IMG/VR virus record: IMGVR_UViG_3300009180_002437
Reading direction: 5' to 3' (one strand)
Source of the DNA: a virus
Taxonomy: Duplodnaviria > Heunggongvirae > Uroviricota > Caudoviricetes
DNA length: 64,000 nucleotides
Both the position numbers and the translations under genes were made by a program. Shown piece after piece: positions 17,462 to 25,263 of the stretch (within the stretch, counting starts at the first letter, position 1; every line of letters starts with the position of its first letter). The notes under the pieces are model-generated. The model saw nothing but the letters and a program-made list of their open reading frames with translations, was not told where the DNA came from and did not search any database.

Positions 17462-17853
17462 AAGCACAGTACGCACCACATAAAGTAGAAAAGCAGAAAC
17501 TTAAAGTATTACAAAACAATGTTCTGGTATCGGATATGGTGTTTGATGAACGTATCAGTACAGGCGGTATCTTACTGTTAAATGACAATGGCAAAGGCAA
17601 TGGTATTCGCCCACGCTGGGGTCGTGTATACGCAGTAGGTCCAGAACAAAAAGATGTTAACGTAGGTGATTGGGTATTGGTAGCACATGGTCGTTGGACT
17701 AGGGGTTTAGATCTCGAAGACGAAAATGGCAAATTAACCGTTCGTAAGATTGATCCTAAAGATATCCTACTAGTATCAGATGACGAAGAGTGCCCCACAG
17801 TCGAAGGCATTAGTTCTGCCGTGCATGTAGATCGTAAGGAAATGCCTAATTAA
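17458..17853 (+). CDS. GroES/gp31-like co-chaperonin
   Basis: Cpn10 pattern LKVLQNNVLV...ISTGGILL...WGRVYAVGPE...VNVGDWVLV...DILLV. Confidence 0.5.
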   Translation: MKAQYAPHKVEKQKLKVLQNNVLVSDMVFDERISTGGILLLNDNGKGNGIRPRWGRVYAVGPEQKDVNVGDWVLVAHGRWTRGLDLEDENGKLTVRKIDPKDILLVSDDEECPTVEGISSAVHVDRKEMPN

Positions 17854-17864
17854 ACCAAAGTGTT

Positions 17865-17893
17865 TGCTTTTATCATCTGCTCCATGTATAATT
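17865..17893 (+). promoter_or_regulatory. sigma70-type promoter (TTGCTT-17-TATAAT)
   Basis: TATAAT at 17888-17893. Confidence 0.4.
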
Positions 17894-17926
17894 GTATTAT
17901 GAATTTTAAAAAGCATGGAGCATTAA

Positions 17927-18853
17927 ATGAATGATTTATGGACAGAAAAGTACAGACCCAATACAGTCGATGGATATGTTTTTACAGACGATGCACAACG
18001 ACAGCAAGTACAACATTGGATTAAGCAAGGCAGTATCCCACACTTATTACTAAGTGGTAGTCCCGGCACTGGTAAAACTACCCTGGCTAAATTACTGATC
18101 AATGAGCTTGGGGTAGATGAATTTGATGTGCTATACTCAAATGGATCTAAAGATGCCCGTAAACTAGATTGGGTGGACAAACTGATTGGCTTTTGTAGTA
18201 CTATGCCTTTTGGTAAATTTAAAGTGGTATTGGTTGATGAAGCGGATTTTATGAATCCAAATTCTGTACAACCAGCACTTAGAAACCTAATGGAAGACTA
18301 CAGTGAAAGCGTCAGATTTATCCTGACCTGTAACTATCCCAATAAGATACTGCCAGCATTGCACAGTCGGTGTCAAGGGTTTCACATGCAAAAGACAGAT
18401 CTTGTGGAATTTACAGCTCGTCTAGCAACTGTATTGATCAGCGAAGAAATAGATTTTGACTTGCCCACACTTGATTTATTTGTAACAGCCACATATCCAG
18501 ATCTACGTAAATCGTTAAATTTGCTACAGGCTAATTCAACAACAGGAAAACTTGTTGAGCCCAGTTCAACTGAACAGTCAGTTGATAATTGGAGACTGCA
18601 AGCAGTATCGTTATTCAAAGCTGGTAATATCAATGAAGCACGTAAGGTTATCTGCAATCAAGCAAACATTGAAGATATGGATAGCATGTATCGATGGATG
18701 TATGATAACCTTTCGCTATGGAGTGACACACAGGAAGGACAAGACCGAGCGATTATTATTATTAGAAACTCGCTGGCTAACGTTCATTTGATGTCAGATC
18801 AAGAAATCAACTTATCAGCAACGCTTTGCGAATTAACTCAAATAGGAAATTAA
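17927..18853 (+). CDS. clamp-loader ATPase (RFC small-subunit / T4 gp44-like)
   Basis: Walker A LLLSGSPGTGKTT, DEAD-box-like VVLVDEADFM, and the SRC motif LHSRCQGF. Confidence 0.75.
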   Translation: MNDLWTEKYRPNTVDGYVFTDDAQRQQVQHWIKQGSIPHLLLSGSPGTGKTTLAKLLINELGVDEFDVLYSNGSKDARKLDWVDKLIGFCSTMPFGKFKVVLVDEADFMNPNSVQPALRNLMEDYSESVRFILTCNYPNKILPALHSRCQGFHMQKTDLVEFTARLATVLISEEIDFDLPTLDLFVTATYPDLRKSLNLLQANSTTGKLVEPSSTEQSVDNWRLQAVSLFKAGNINEARKVICNQANIEDMDSMYRWMYDNLSLWSDTQEGQDRAIIIIRNSLANVHLMSDQEINLSATLCELTQIGN

Positions 18854-19156
18854 ATGCGATACTTAGTTATCATGTATATTAAAAAGCCCGATGGGCAAGT
18901 AGATGAAGCAACAACTGTTACAAAATCACTTAAATCAAAAGACTTGTCTATGGGTAGTGTAATCCTTGACTTTAAAGAAAAGAAAATTGTTAAAGCCAGC
19001 TTTAGTGGCACACTGGCTGAGAAACGCTGGGATAAGATTCGAGATTTTTATTACGAGTTTTACCCAAAGTACATTGACCTGCTGGAAGCAGCCTATCAAA
19101 CTATAGAAGAGATTCAAAATGAAGTATCTACCGAAACAGAAAATAATCCTAACTGA
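18854..19156 (+). CDS. possible clamp-loader small subunit (gp62-like)
   Basis: A 100-aa ORF directly after the clamp-loader ATPase. The call rests on position only. Confidence 0.3.
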   Translation: MRYLVIMYIKKPDGQVDEATTVTKSLKSKDLSMGSVILDFKEKKIVKASFSGTLAEKRWDKIRDFYYEFYPKYIDLLEAAYQTIEEIQNEVSTETENNPN

Positions 19157-19724
19157 TTGTGACGGAGTATGTTTAGATTGGGAATGGGCATTTAATATCT
19201 GGATGTATCAACACGGATTTGAAGAAATTCCTGGTGCCAAACTAAACTATGACATGTCTGTACGTTATGGCATTCCGCGTGAACAAGTAGTTAAACTGAT
19301 CCGCATTTTTAATGAAAGTGCGTCTATCGGATTCTTGCCGCCCATGCGTGATGCCATGTATTATATCAAAAGATTGCATGAAGAATTTGGTTATAAGTTT
19401 CATGCCATTACTTCATTGAGTTTAGATCCTAATGCTCAGAAGCTAAGGGAAATGAATCTTCATAAGTTATTTGGTCCTACCGCATTTGAGCGTATTGTAT
19501 GTTTAGATACTGGTGCTGATAAAGATGAGGCGTTGGCAGAATATAAAGACTCCGGATATTATTGGATTGAAGATAAGTGGGCCAATGCCGAAGCCGGCTA
19601 TAAAGCCGGCCTCAGGTGTATCGTGTTAGAACATGGTCATAATATGTACGAGTATCATCCAGAAATTACTATCTTAAAAAACTGGAAAACAATATTTGAC
19701 CATATTACCGATCAGTCGGAATAA
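19119..19724 (+). CDS. HAD-family 5'(3')-deoxyribonucleotidase-like phosphatase
   Basis: N-terminal motif ILTDCDGV (DxDGV), plus downstream HAD motifs. Confidence 0.5.
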   Translation: MKYLPKQKIILTDCDGVCLDWEWAFNIWMYQHGFEEIPGAKLNYDMSVRYGIPREQVVKLIRIFNESASIGFLPPMRDAMYYIKRLHEEFGYKFHAITSLSLDPNAQKLREMNLHKLFGPTAFERIVCLDTGADKDEALAEYKDSGYYWIEDKWANAEAGYKAGLRCIVLEHGHNMYEYHPEITILKNWKTIFDHITDQSE

Positions 19725-20446
19725 AGGCGAAGCACGGAATCAATGATTCTGTGCCGCTGTATGTCGCGACTATCTAGCTCGCACACAGCTATTCCATTTA
19801 CACCTCCTTTCAACAATCTTTGGCATAAATCTGCGAGGCCGTTGTTACCTTTAGTGCGGTCAGCTTGTTCAATATCTCCCGTAATGACGATTTTACTGCC
19901 TTCGCCGATACGTGTCATTAGCATCTTACATTGTGCCGGAGTAGCATTCTGCATCTCATCAGCTATAATGTATGCGTTTTTAAAGGTTCTACCCCTCATA
20001 AACGCAAGTGGTGCTATCTCTATTTTTTGATCCTCTAACATACCAGCAATATCCTGCTGACGATAATATTCACGAAGAATATCAGTTAAGGGCCTTACCC
20101 ATGGATCCATCTTTTGGTTTAAATCTCCTGGTAAAAATCCATGTTTTTCATCTTCTACGCCAACTGCTGGTCGTGTTAGGATTATACGATCAACTTCTCC
20201 TTCGCGGAATGCCTTAACAGCGGCTAGCATAGCAAGGTAAGTTTTACCTGTACCAGCTGGACCTGCTGTGATTACAATATGTTGACTTTCATCTTGCAAT
20301 GCCAATACCAATCGCTCTTGATTTCGTGTACGGGGCACGATATCAATGGGACGTTGTTTTAAGGGTTTTGCTTGATTGAAGTTTATTGTATTTTCTTGAA
20401 ATACCGTATCACGGCGTTGTGATTTTACTGCTTTGTGTCTACTCAT
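19712..20446 (-). CDS. phoH: PhoH-like ATPase
   Basis: Walker A TAGPAGTGKTYLAM and Walker B IIADEMQN. The ATG at 20446 has GAGG 7 nt upstream. The ORF-track start at 20497 is a TTG. Confidence 0.8.
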   Translation of the reverse strand: MSRHKAVKSQRRDTVFQENTINFNQAKPLKQRPIDIVPRTRNQERLVLALQDESQHIVITAGPAGTGKTYLAMLAAVKAFREGEVDRIILTRPAVGVEDEKHGFLPGDLNQKMDPWVRPLTDILREYYRQQDIAGMLEDQKIEIAPLAFMRGRTFKNAYIIADEMQNATPAQCKMLMTRIGEGSKIVITGDIEQADRTKGNNGLADLCQRLLKGGVNGIAVCELDSRDIQRHRIIDSVLRLYSD

Positions 20447-20631
20447 TAAAGCCTCATGTAGAAGTAAGTTACTGCTATCAGCACCTTGCTGACCCAAGTA
20501 TTTACATCAGTGTATTTTTATATTCTATGAGTAGTAAAAAGGTGTTATAAGTTGATAAGTATTAGGCTATACTGTAAATTCTTACATTCCCAATATTATG
20601 CCATATTCGCAACTACACTAAATACTTGACT

Positions 20632-21246
20632 ATGGCAAACAAAGCATTCGATTCAGAAATATTCAAAGATCACCAAGATTATTGGCAAGTGGCCCAAAAC
20701 ATCAAGGACATATACCTATCCGAGGGTACGCTATTGACCCTGTTAGACTTCGAGCGTGTATTAGATTCCATGGATCTATACGCATTTAAAAACTGGGATA
20801 TCGGTGAGCTGGTACAAGGCCCAACAGTGGGAAAATATCACGTTAGTTGTATATTTCTCTGGCCCGAAAACTTAATGCCCGATCCACGTGGTGGACGTAG
20901 ATTATTACCGTTTGATTGTACTGTAAAGTACAAGAAAACTGACATGAAGATTCCCATTAAAATTGATGATCCTAGCGATTATCGCCCGGGAACAAAAATA
21001 GCAAGAATCATTGAGAAAAAGGTATGGTTGGTGGAAATCACCATGCCCAAAACTTTGATGAGCGATATACGTACAGGCAGTATTGATCTTGAAGAACAGG
21101 AACTTGATCTACAAGAATTAGATAACGCTTATTCGGTTGATGAACGTGGTACTGCACCTAGCGCACCGCCTGGAGCAGCACCGGCCCCAGCGGCACCTGC
21201 TGCTGCCGCAGCAGCCGCACCGGCCGCACCCCCCACTGGCGCATAA
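20632..21246 (+). CDS. hypothetical protein with a C-terminal Ala/Pro low-complexity tail
   Basis: The frame opens at 20626; the first ATG is at 20632. The C-terminus is APSAPPGAAPAPAAPAAAAAAAPAAPP. Confidence 0.4.
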   Translation: MANKAFDSEIFKDHQDYWQVAQNIKDIYLSEGTLLTLLDFERVLDSMDLYAFKNWDIGELVQGPTVGKYHVSCIFLWPENLMPDPRGGRRLLPFDCTVKYKKTDMKIPIKIDDPSDYRPGTKIARIIEKKVWLVEITMPKTLMSDIRTGSIDLEEQELDLQELDNAYSVDERGTAPSAPPGAAPAPAAPAAAAAAAPAAPPTGA

Positions 21247-21248
21247 AA

Positions 21249-21806
21249 ATGACTAATAAACCATCAAATTTTAACTTTGTTTTCGAAGGATTAGGATATA
21301 AGGATATGGATGGCTTGATCAAGCCTATTGTCCATGTTGATGAATTTACCAGTAAAATGGGTGACGATGATGATGTCATTGTATTATCTTTTTTCCTACG
21401 TGATCCTACCGCAGCCAAGGACCTAATGAATTGGTTTGAACGTGGCTATGATTTTATTATTGATGCTGATCGTAGCCCAGGTGAAATCAAAACAAATAGA
21501 TACCTAGTATTTGTTGAAATACGTCGACGCAGTACAGCCGGCGCACATGTCAACCGATTATTAGAAGACCTGAGTACACTAACAGAACATGATGTAGAAG
21601 ATTGGAAAATGGTGTACGATGGTAAGGAATTTCCCTTTAGCCAGGAAGAGTTTGAAAAAATAGTTCCACTATCGCCAAAAGCATATCGCGAGGCACACGA
21701 TGGTGAATTAAATGAAATGCGTACCGCAGCTGGATTACCAGTAAAAACATATTATGAGCAGGATAACGATATTAAATCAATACAATCTGCTGCGGGGATA
21801 CTGTAA
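21249..21806 (+). CDS. hypothetical protein
   Basis: A 185-aa ORF. Confidence 0.35.
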   Translation: MTNKPSNFNFVFEGLGYKDMDGLIKPIVHVDEFTSKMGDDDDVIVLSFFLRDPTAAKDLMNWFERGYDFIIDADRSPGEIKTNRYLVFVEIRRRSTAGAHVNRLLEDLSTLTEHDVEDWKMVYDGKEFPFSQEEFEKIVPLSPKAYREAHDGELNEMRTAAGLPVKTYYEQDNDIKSIQSAAGIL

Positions 21807-22036
21807 TGAAAATGTCAGAAATATTAAGAATAATAGCGGACACCATTGAGCCACTAGAAGAGTACGATCCTGCAGAAGTTACTCCTGACAATCCTGTAGA
21901 AGACCCTGCTCCTGGGATCGCATTGATCGTTCACCATGAACCGGAAATGGAACCTGAAATGCAGCAGGCCCCCGAACAAGAACTTCCTGCTGGACTAAGT
22001 GATATACTTAGGCTCGCCGGTGGCCCTGGTTGCTAG
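21806..22036 (+). CDS. small acidic protein
   Basis: A 76-aa ORF. Confidence 0.3.
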   Translation: MKMSEILRIIADTIEPLEEYDPAEVTPDNPVEDPAPGIALIVHHEPEMEPEMQQAPEQELPAGLSDILRLAGGPGC

Positions 22037-22054
22037 AATCTGGTGTCTATAAAT

Positions 22055-22315
22055 TTATTTTACTGAATCAAATATCTTTTTTTGTTCTATATACCAGTTA
22101 TTCCACGCATCAACTTTGTAACTACATTCATGATATTTTCCATAGTTTGTAGTTACATTAGATATTAAAACACTTAGTTTATTAGTTATAGGAGCAGCAG
22201 TAAGCTGTTCACATGCTGTGGTCAATGATGGCGGAACAGATGGAAAATTTCTTTCAACCGGCGTTGCGACACAGCCTGTTAAAAATAATAAAGATAAAAT
22301 TATAACTGATTTCAT
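22055..22315 (-). CDS. o-spanin-like outer-membrane lipoprotein
   Basis: Lipobox LLFLTGC, a Pro-rich segment, several Cys residues, and a 4-nt overlap with the upstream TM/coiled-coil gene. Confidence 0.5.
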   Translation of the reverse strand: MKSVIILSLLFLTGCVATPVERNFPSVPPSLTTACEQLTAAPITNKLSVLISNVTTNYGKYHECSYKVDAWNNWYIEQKKIFDSVK

Positions 22316-22758
22316 TTCTTAACTCCTACTAATGCTGATTGATTTAGTATGTCAATAGCCAATGGATCAACTTTACAAGTTAAGTCAAGTTTAGCAGCAT
22401 TTTTGGCAATGCGATTTTTAACTACATACTGAACTTCTTTCACAATTTTAACACGATCAACATACACCGTTTCAATTTTGCCATTAGCTTCAGCGGCCTC
22501 CTTCTCTGCCTTAGCAACCTTTATTTCAAGTTCGGCAACTCTTGCTGCCCATTTGGCTTCATTTGCAATTCCGCCTTCTATCCACACACAAAATACAATA
22601 AGCACGGCACTAGCAATACGAATTACAAATGCATTGGTTGTGATAAAAGGAATCATTTTAAGAATGTAGCTGGCCCCAAATGCTAGTATAGCAAATATTA
22701 ACAATAGATGATATACAAAATCAGGTAATAAAGATAACAGCCACATTATTTGCCACAT
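22312..22758 (-). CDS. i-spanin-like protein (N-terminal TM segments plus coiled coil)
   Basis: Hydrophobic N-terminus followed by AKWAARVAELEIKVAKAEKEAAEANGKIE. Shine-Dalgarno site AGGGG, one nt after the endolysin stop. Confidence 0.45.
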   Translation of the reverse strand: MWQIMWLLSLLPDFVYHLLLIFAILAFGASYILKMIPFITTNAFVIRIASAVLIVFCVWIEGGIANEAKWAARVAELEIKVAKAEKEAAEANGKIETVYVDRVKIVKEVQYVVKNRIAKNAAKLDLTCKVDPLAIDILNQSALVGVKK

Positions 22759-22759
22759 A

Positions 22760-23389
22760 TCATGCCCCTAGTACGTGACAAGCATGTTGATAGTGTTTTT
22801 CTCTGTCAGCAAGGCCAATGGTGCCACCATTGATTCGTTTAGTTAATGTTAAAATATCACCTGCGTCAGCAAATTGATTTAGTCCATTAGTTTCCCAGAA
22901 CCAACATGCGCTCTGAACAGCGCCTTCAAATGTACCTAGGTACTCTGGCAATTGTTCAACAGGAGTTTCTATACTTTCCGCAAAGCGTGTATAATTATCT
23001 TTGCCTGTTAACTGGATAAGACCCTTGCCTGCGTAACGCCATCCATCACCACTTTCTTCTGGACCATTGCCCATGCGGTCACAATAAGCACGATTGGCTA
23101 TCATTTCTTGATTGTGTGCGTATTGCTCTGCAATAGCAGGCGGAAAACGACTAGGCCAGACACGGCTTAATGATGCTGCTGTGTAGTTTAAGTTTTCTTT
23201 TAATGCTGTAAAATTAGCACTCTCGTGGGCACATTGAGCTAAAAAAGCAGCTACCCTAGGTACTGTGTTAATTTCGTAATCAGGTAATATACGTGATATA
23301 GCATCATACCACTCTGCCACATACGGATTGTTAGGTATAATTTGTGCCAGTTGTTCTGGTGTAAAGTTGAATGCGAATCCTTGACTCAT
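22760..23389 (-). CDS. endolysin, glycoside hydrolase family 19
   Basis: GH19 signature blocks AAFLAQCAHESANF and RYAGKGLIQLTGKDNY. Confidence 0.8.
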   Translation of the reverse strand: MSQGFAFNFTPEQLAQIIPNNPYVAEWYDAISRILPDYEINTVPRVAAFLAQCAHESANFTALKENLNYTAASLSRVWPSRFPPAIAEQYAHNQEMIANRAYCDRMGNGPEESGDGWRYAGKGLIQLTGKDNYTRFAESIETPVEQLPEYLGTFEGAVQSACWFWETNGLNQFADAGDILTLTKRINGGTIGLADREKHYQHACHVLGA

Positions 23390-23400
23390 TTAATTTTCCT

Positions 23401-23757
23401 TTATTTTTTAGGTACTAGGTGACCAAACTGAGCTTCAGCACGGCGTGTGCCTGGACCAGTAATTCCATCTGCTGTGATCTTAGCTCCGGCAGCAATTAGT
23501 TCTTTTTGACGTTTCTGAACAGCAGCATCAAAACCAGGTGGTTTAGCAGCTGGCTTGGCAGGTGCCTTAGCTGGTACTGCTGTGCCTTCGTATTTCTTGT
23601 GTACCTTAATAGTACGGCAAGTTTGCTTAGTTGTCCCATCTTTATTTAATACAACATGACCAGCTTTGTCTTTAACTGGATTACATACTTGTTTAGTTTC
23701 GGCGGCATTAGCAGAAGATGCTATGCCTAATATGATTATTGCAAATAGAGTTTTCAT
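23401..23757 (-). CDS. secreted protein with a C-terminal PG_binding_1-like motif
   Basis: Signal peptide MKTLFAIIILGIASSANA. C-terminal LIAAGAKITADGITGPGTRRAEAQFG. Confidence 0.4.
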   Translation of the reverse strand: MKTLFAIIILGIASSANAAETKQVCNPVKDKAGHVVLNKDGTTKQTCRTIKVHKKYEGTAVPAKAPAKPAAKPPGFDAAVQKRQKELIAAGAKITADGITGPGTRRAEAQFGHLVPKK

Positions 23758-23766
23758 TATTATTCC

Positions 23767-24291
23767 TTATAAGGGTTGATCTACTTGTGCTGCTGGACCT
23801 GGTTTGCCAGCATACATAGTTTTTGTTGGTGCGCTGTTAAACCCGGGAGATGGACTGTTAAATCCATTTGAGGGACTATTGAATCCAGGTGATGGGCTAC
23901 CAAATCCAGATGATGGACTGTTAAGCCCGGTTGACGGACTGTTAAATCCTGACGATGGGCTACCATATCCATTTGATGGATTATTACCATACCCTGTATT
24001 CATGCCATTGTTGACCCCGGCTAATTTTTCTTGGGTACGCCCAAATGCCGCTACTCCTATTATGGCACCCATTGCCATATGAAATAGTCCTGCTCCTTGA
24101 AGAGTGATTGGTTGCCATTGTGTTTCAACACGGCCACCATGTGCTGCTTGTATTAAACTCCATAGTATAGGAAATACCACAAAATCACACATACAGACAA
24201 ACATATACATCCACCCCATCATAGGGCGCCATTTGCTGTTCATCCAATCTTCTTTTTTCTTTTCGCTTTCAGATTGTACTGTTTCTGACAT
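23767..24291 (-). CDS. putative holin (2 TM) with a repetitive C-terminal tail
   Basis: Charged N-terminus, two TM helices, then about 7 repeats of NSPSxGF. It heads the lysis cassette. Shine-Dalgarno site GAGGA. Confidence 0.45.
   Translation of the reverse strand: MSETVQSESEKKKEDWMNSKWRPMMGWMYMFVCMCDFVVFPILWSLIQAAHGGRVETQWQPITLQGAGLFHMAMGAIIGVAAFGRTQEKLAGVNNGMNTGYGNNPSNGYGSPSSGFNSPSTGLNSPSSGFGSPSPGFNSPSNGFNSPSPGFNSAPTKTMYAGKPGPAAQVDQPL
23812..24003. repeat. 24-bp tandem coding repeat (about 7 copies) inside the putative holin gene
   Basis: The NSPSxGF periodicity also produces the antisense GLLNPxDG ORF at 23804..24082. Confidence 0.6.
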
Positions 24292-24341
24292 ACTAAATCC
24301 TCGAATTGTACAGATATTTATCTAGATTCACCAAAGCTAGA

Positions 24342-24370
24342 TTGACATAAATATCGTTTTACTATACAAT
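24342..24370 (+). promoter_or_regulatory. sigma70-type promoter TTGACA-17-TACAAT
   Basis: TTGACA at 24342-24347 and TACAAT at 24365-24370. Confidence 0.5.
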
Positions 24371-24402
24371 ACACCCATGACTATCTTATACCCTGTTACC
24401 AT

Positions 24403-25200
24403 ATGAGTAATCCTTACGATACACTGGGCGTGCCTAAAAACGCCACTACTGACGAAATTAAAAAGGCTTACCGCAAGTTGGCTAGTCAACATCATCCTGA
24501 CAAAGGTGGCGATACCAAAAAATTCCAAGACATACAAACAGCTTACGAGACACTGGGTGACGAACAAAAACGTGCTCAGTATGATAGACCACAGCCGCAA
24601 GGTGTGCATTTTGAATTTGGTGGACCGGGAGGATTCGATCTCGGTAGTATATTCAATATGTTCGGGGCGAAGGGATTTCAAAATCATCCTCCTGGTCAGC
24701 CACCAAGACAACAGCACACACGCATGAGCTTGTGGATTACCTTATCAGACATTGCATCGGGCGGAAAACGTACAGTAGCCATTGGCGGTAGCCACGGTAG
24801 TATGAACATTGAAATCGAAATCCCCATGGGTATCAATGATGGAGACAATGTTCAGTATGGAGGAATTGGTCCGGGAAATACGGATCTAATTATTAACTTC
24901 CGTATTCATCCTCACCCCAAATGGCAACGTAATGGATTGACACTAATTGCCGAACAAACGGTATCCATCTGGGACTGTTTAGTAGGCGGTGAAACAATTG
25001 TAAAAGATTTACTGAATAATCAATATACTATTAGTGTTCCCCCATTAACTCAACCAGGGAGTTTATTAAGATTAAAAGACAAAGGGTTGCGTAACAGGCA
25101 AGGTCAGTCCGGAGATCTACTGATTAGGATTCAGGCTAAAATGCCAGAATCTATCAGCCAAGAGCTATCGGAACTGATTAAAGAGCAGCAGGAAAAATAG
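24403..25200 (+). CDS. DnaJ-like co-chaperone (J domain plus DnaJ C-terminal-like domain, no zinc finger)
   Basis: J-domain DTLGVPKNATTDEIKKAYRKLASQHHPDKGG with the HPD motif, and a C-terminal beta-rich domain. Confidence 0.65.
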   Translation: MSNPYDTLGVPKNATTDEIKKAYRKLASQHHPDKGGDTKKFQDIQTAYETLGDEQKRAQYDRPQPQGVHFEFGGPGGFDLGSIFNMFGAKGFQNHPPGQPPRQQHTRMSLWITLSDIASGGKRTVAIGGSHGSMNIEIEIPMGINDGDNVQYGGIGPGNTDLIINFRIHPHPKWQRNGLTLIAEQTVSIWDCLVGGETIVKDLLNNQYTISVPPLTQPGSLLRLKDKGLRNRQGQSGDLLIRIQAKMPESISQELSELIKEQQEK

Positions 25201-25209
25201 TCTTATCAC

Positions 25210-25238
25210 TTGTATTTAAAATATTTTTACTATATACT
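25210..25238 (+). promoter_or_regulatory. sigma70-type promoter TTGTAT-17-TATACT
   Basis: TTGTAT at 25210-25215 and TATACT at 25233-25238. Confidence 0.45.
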
Positions 25239-25263
25239 ATAACGGTACTGGATAAAGGATACC

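Noticed and set aside
20552-20580. Promoter upstream of the 20632 gene (TTGATA ... TAAATT)
   Set aside because: The -10 match is poor and alternative pairings give a wrong spacing. It is left uncalled.
22478-22669. Plus-strand 63-aa ORF inside the spanin gene
   Set aside because: It is an antisense, Ala/Ser-rich artefact of the coiled-coil coding region.
24292-24340. Minus-strand promoter for the holin-like gene (TTGGTG ... TACAAT)
   Set aside because: The best hexamers are 19 nt apart, which lies outside the functional spacer range, so no call was made.
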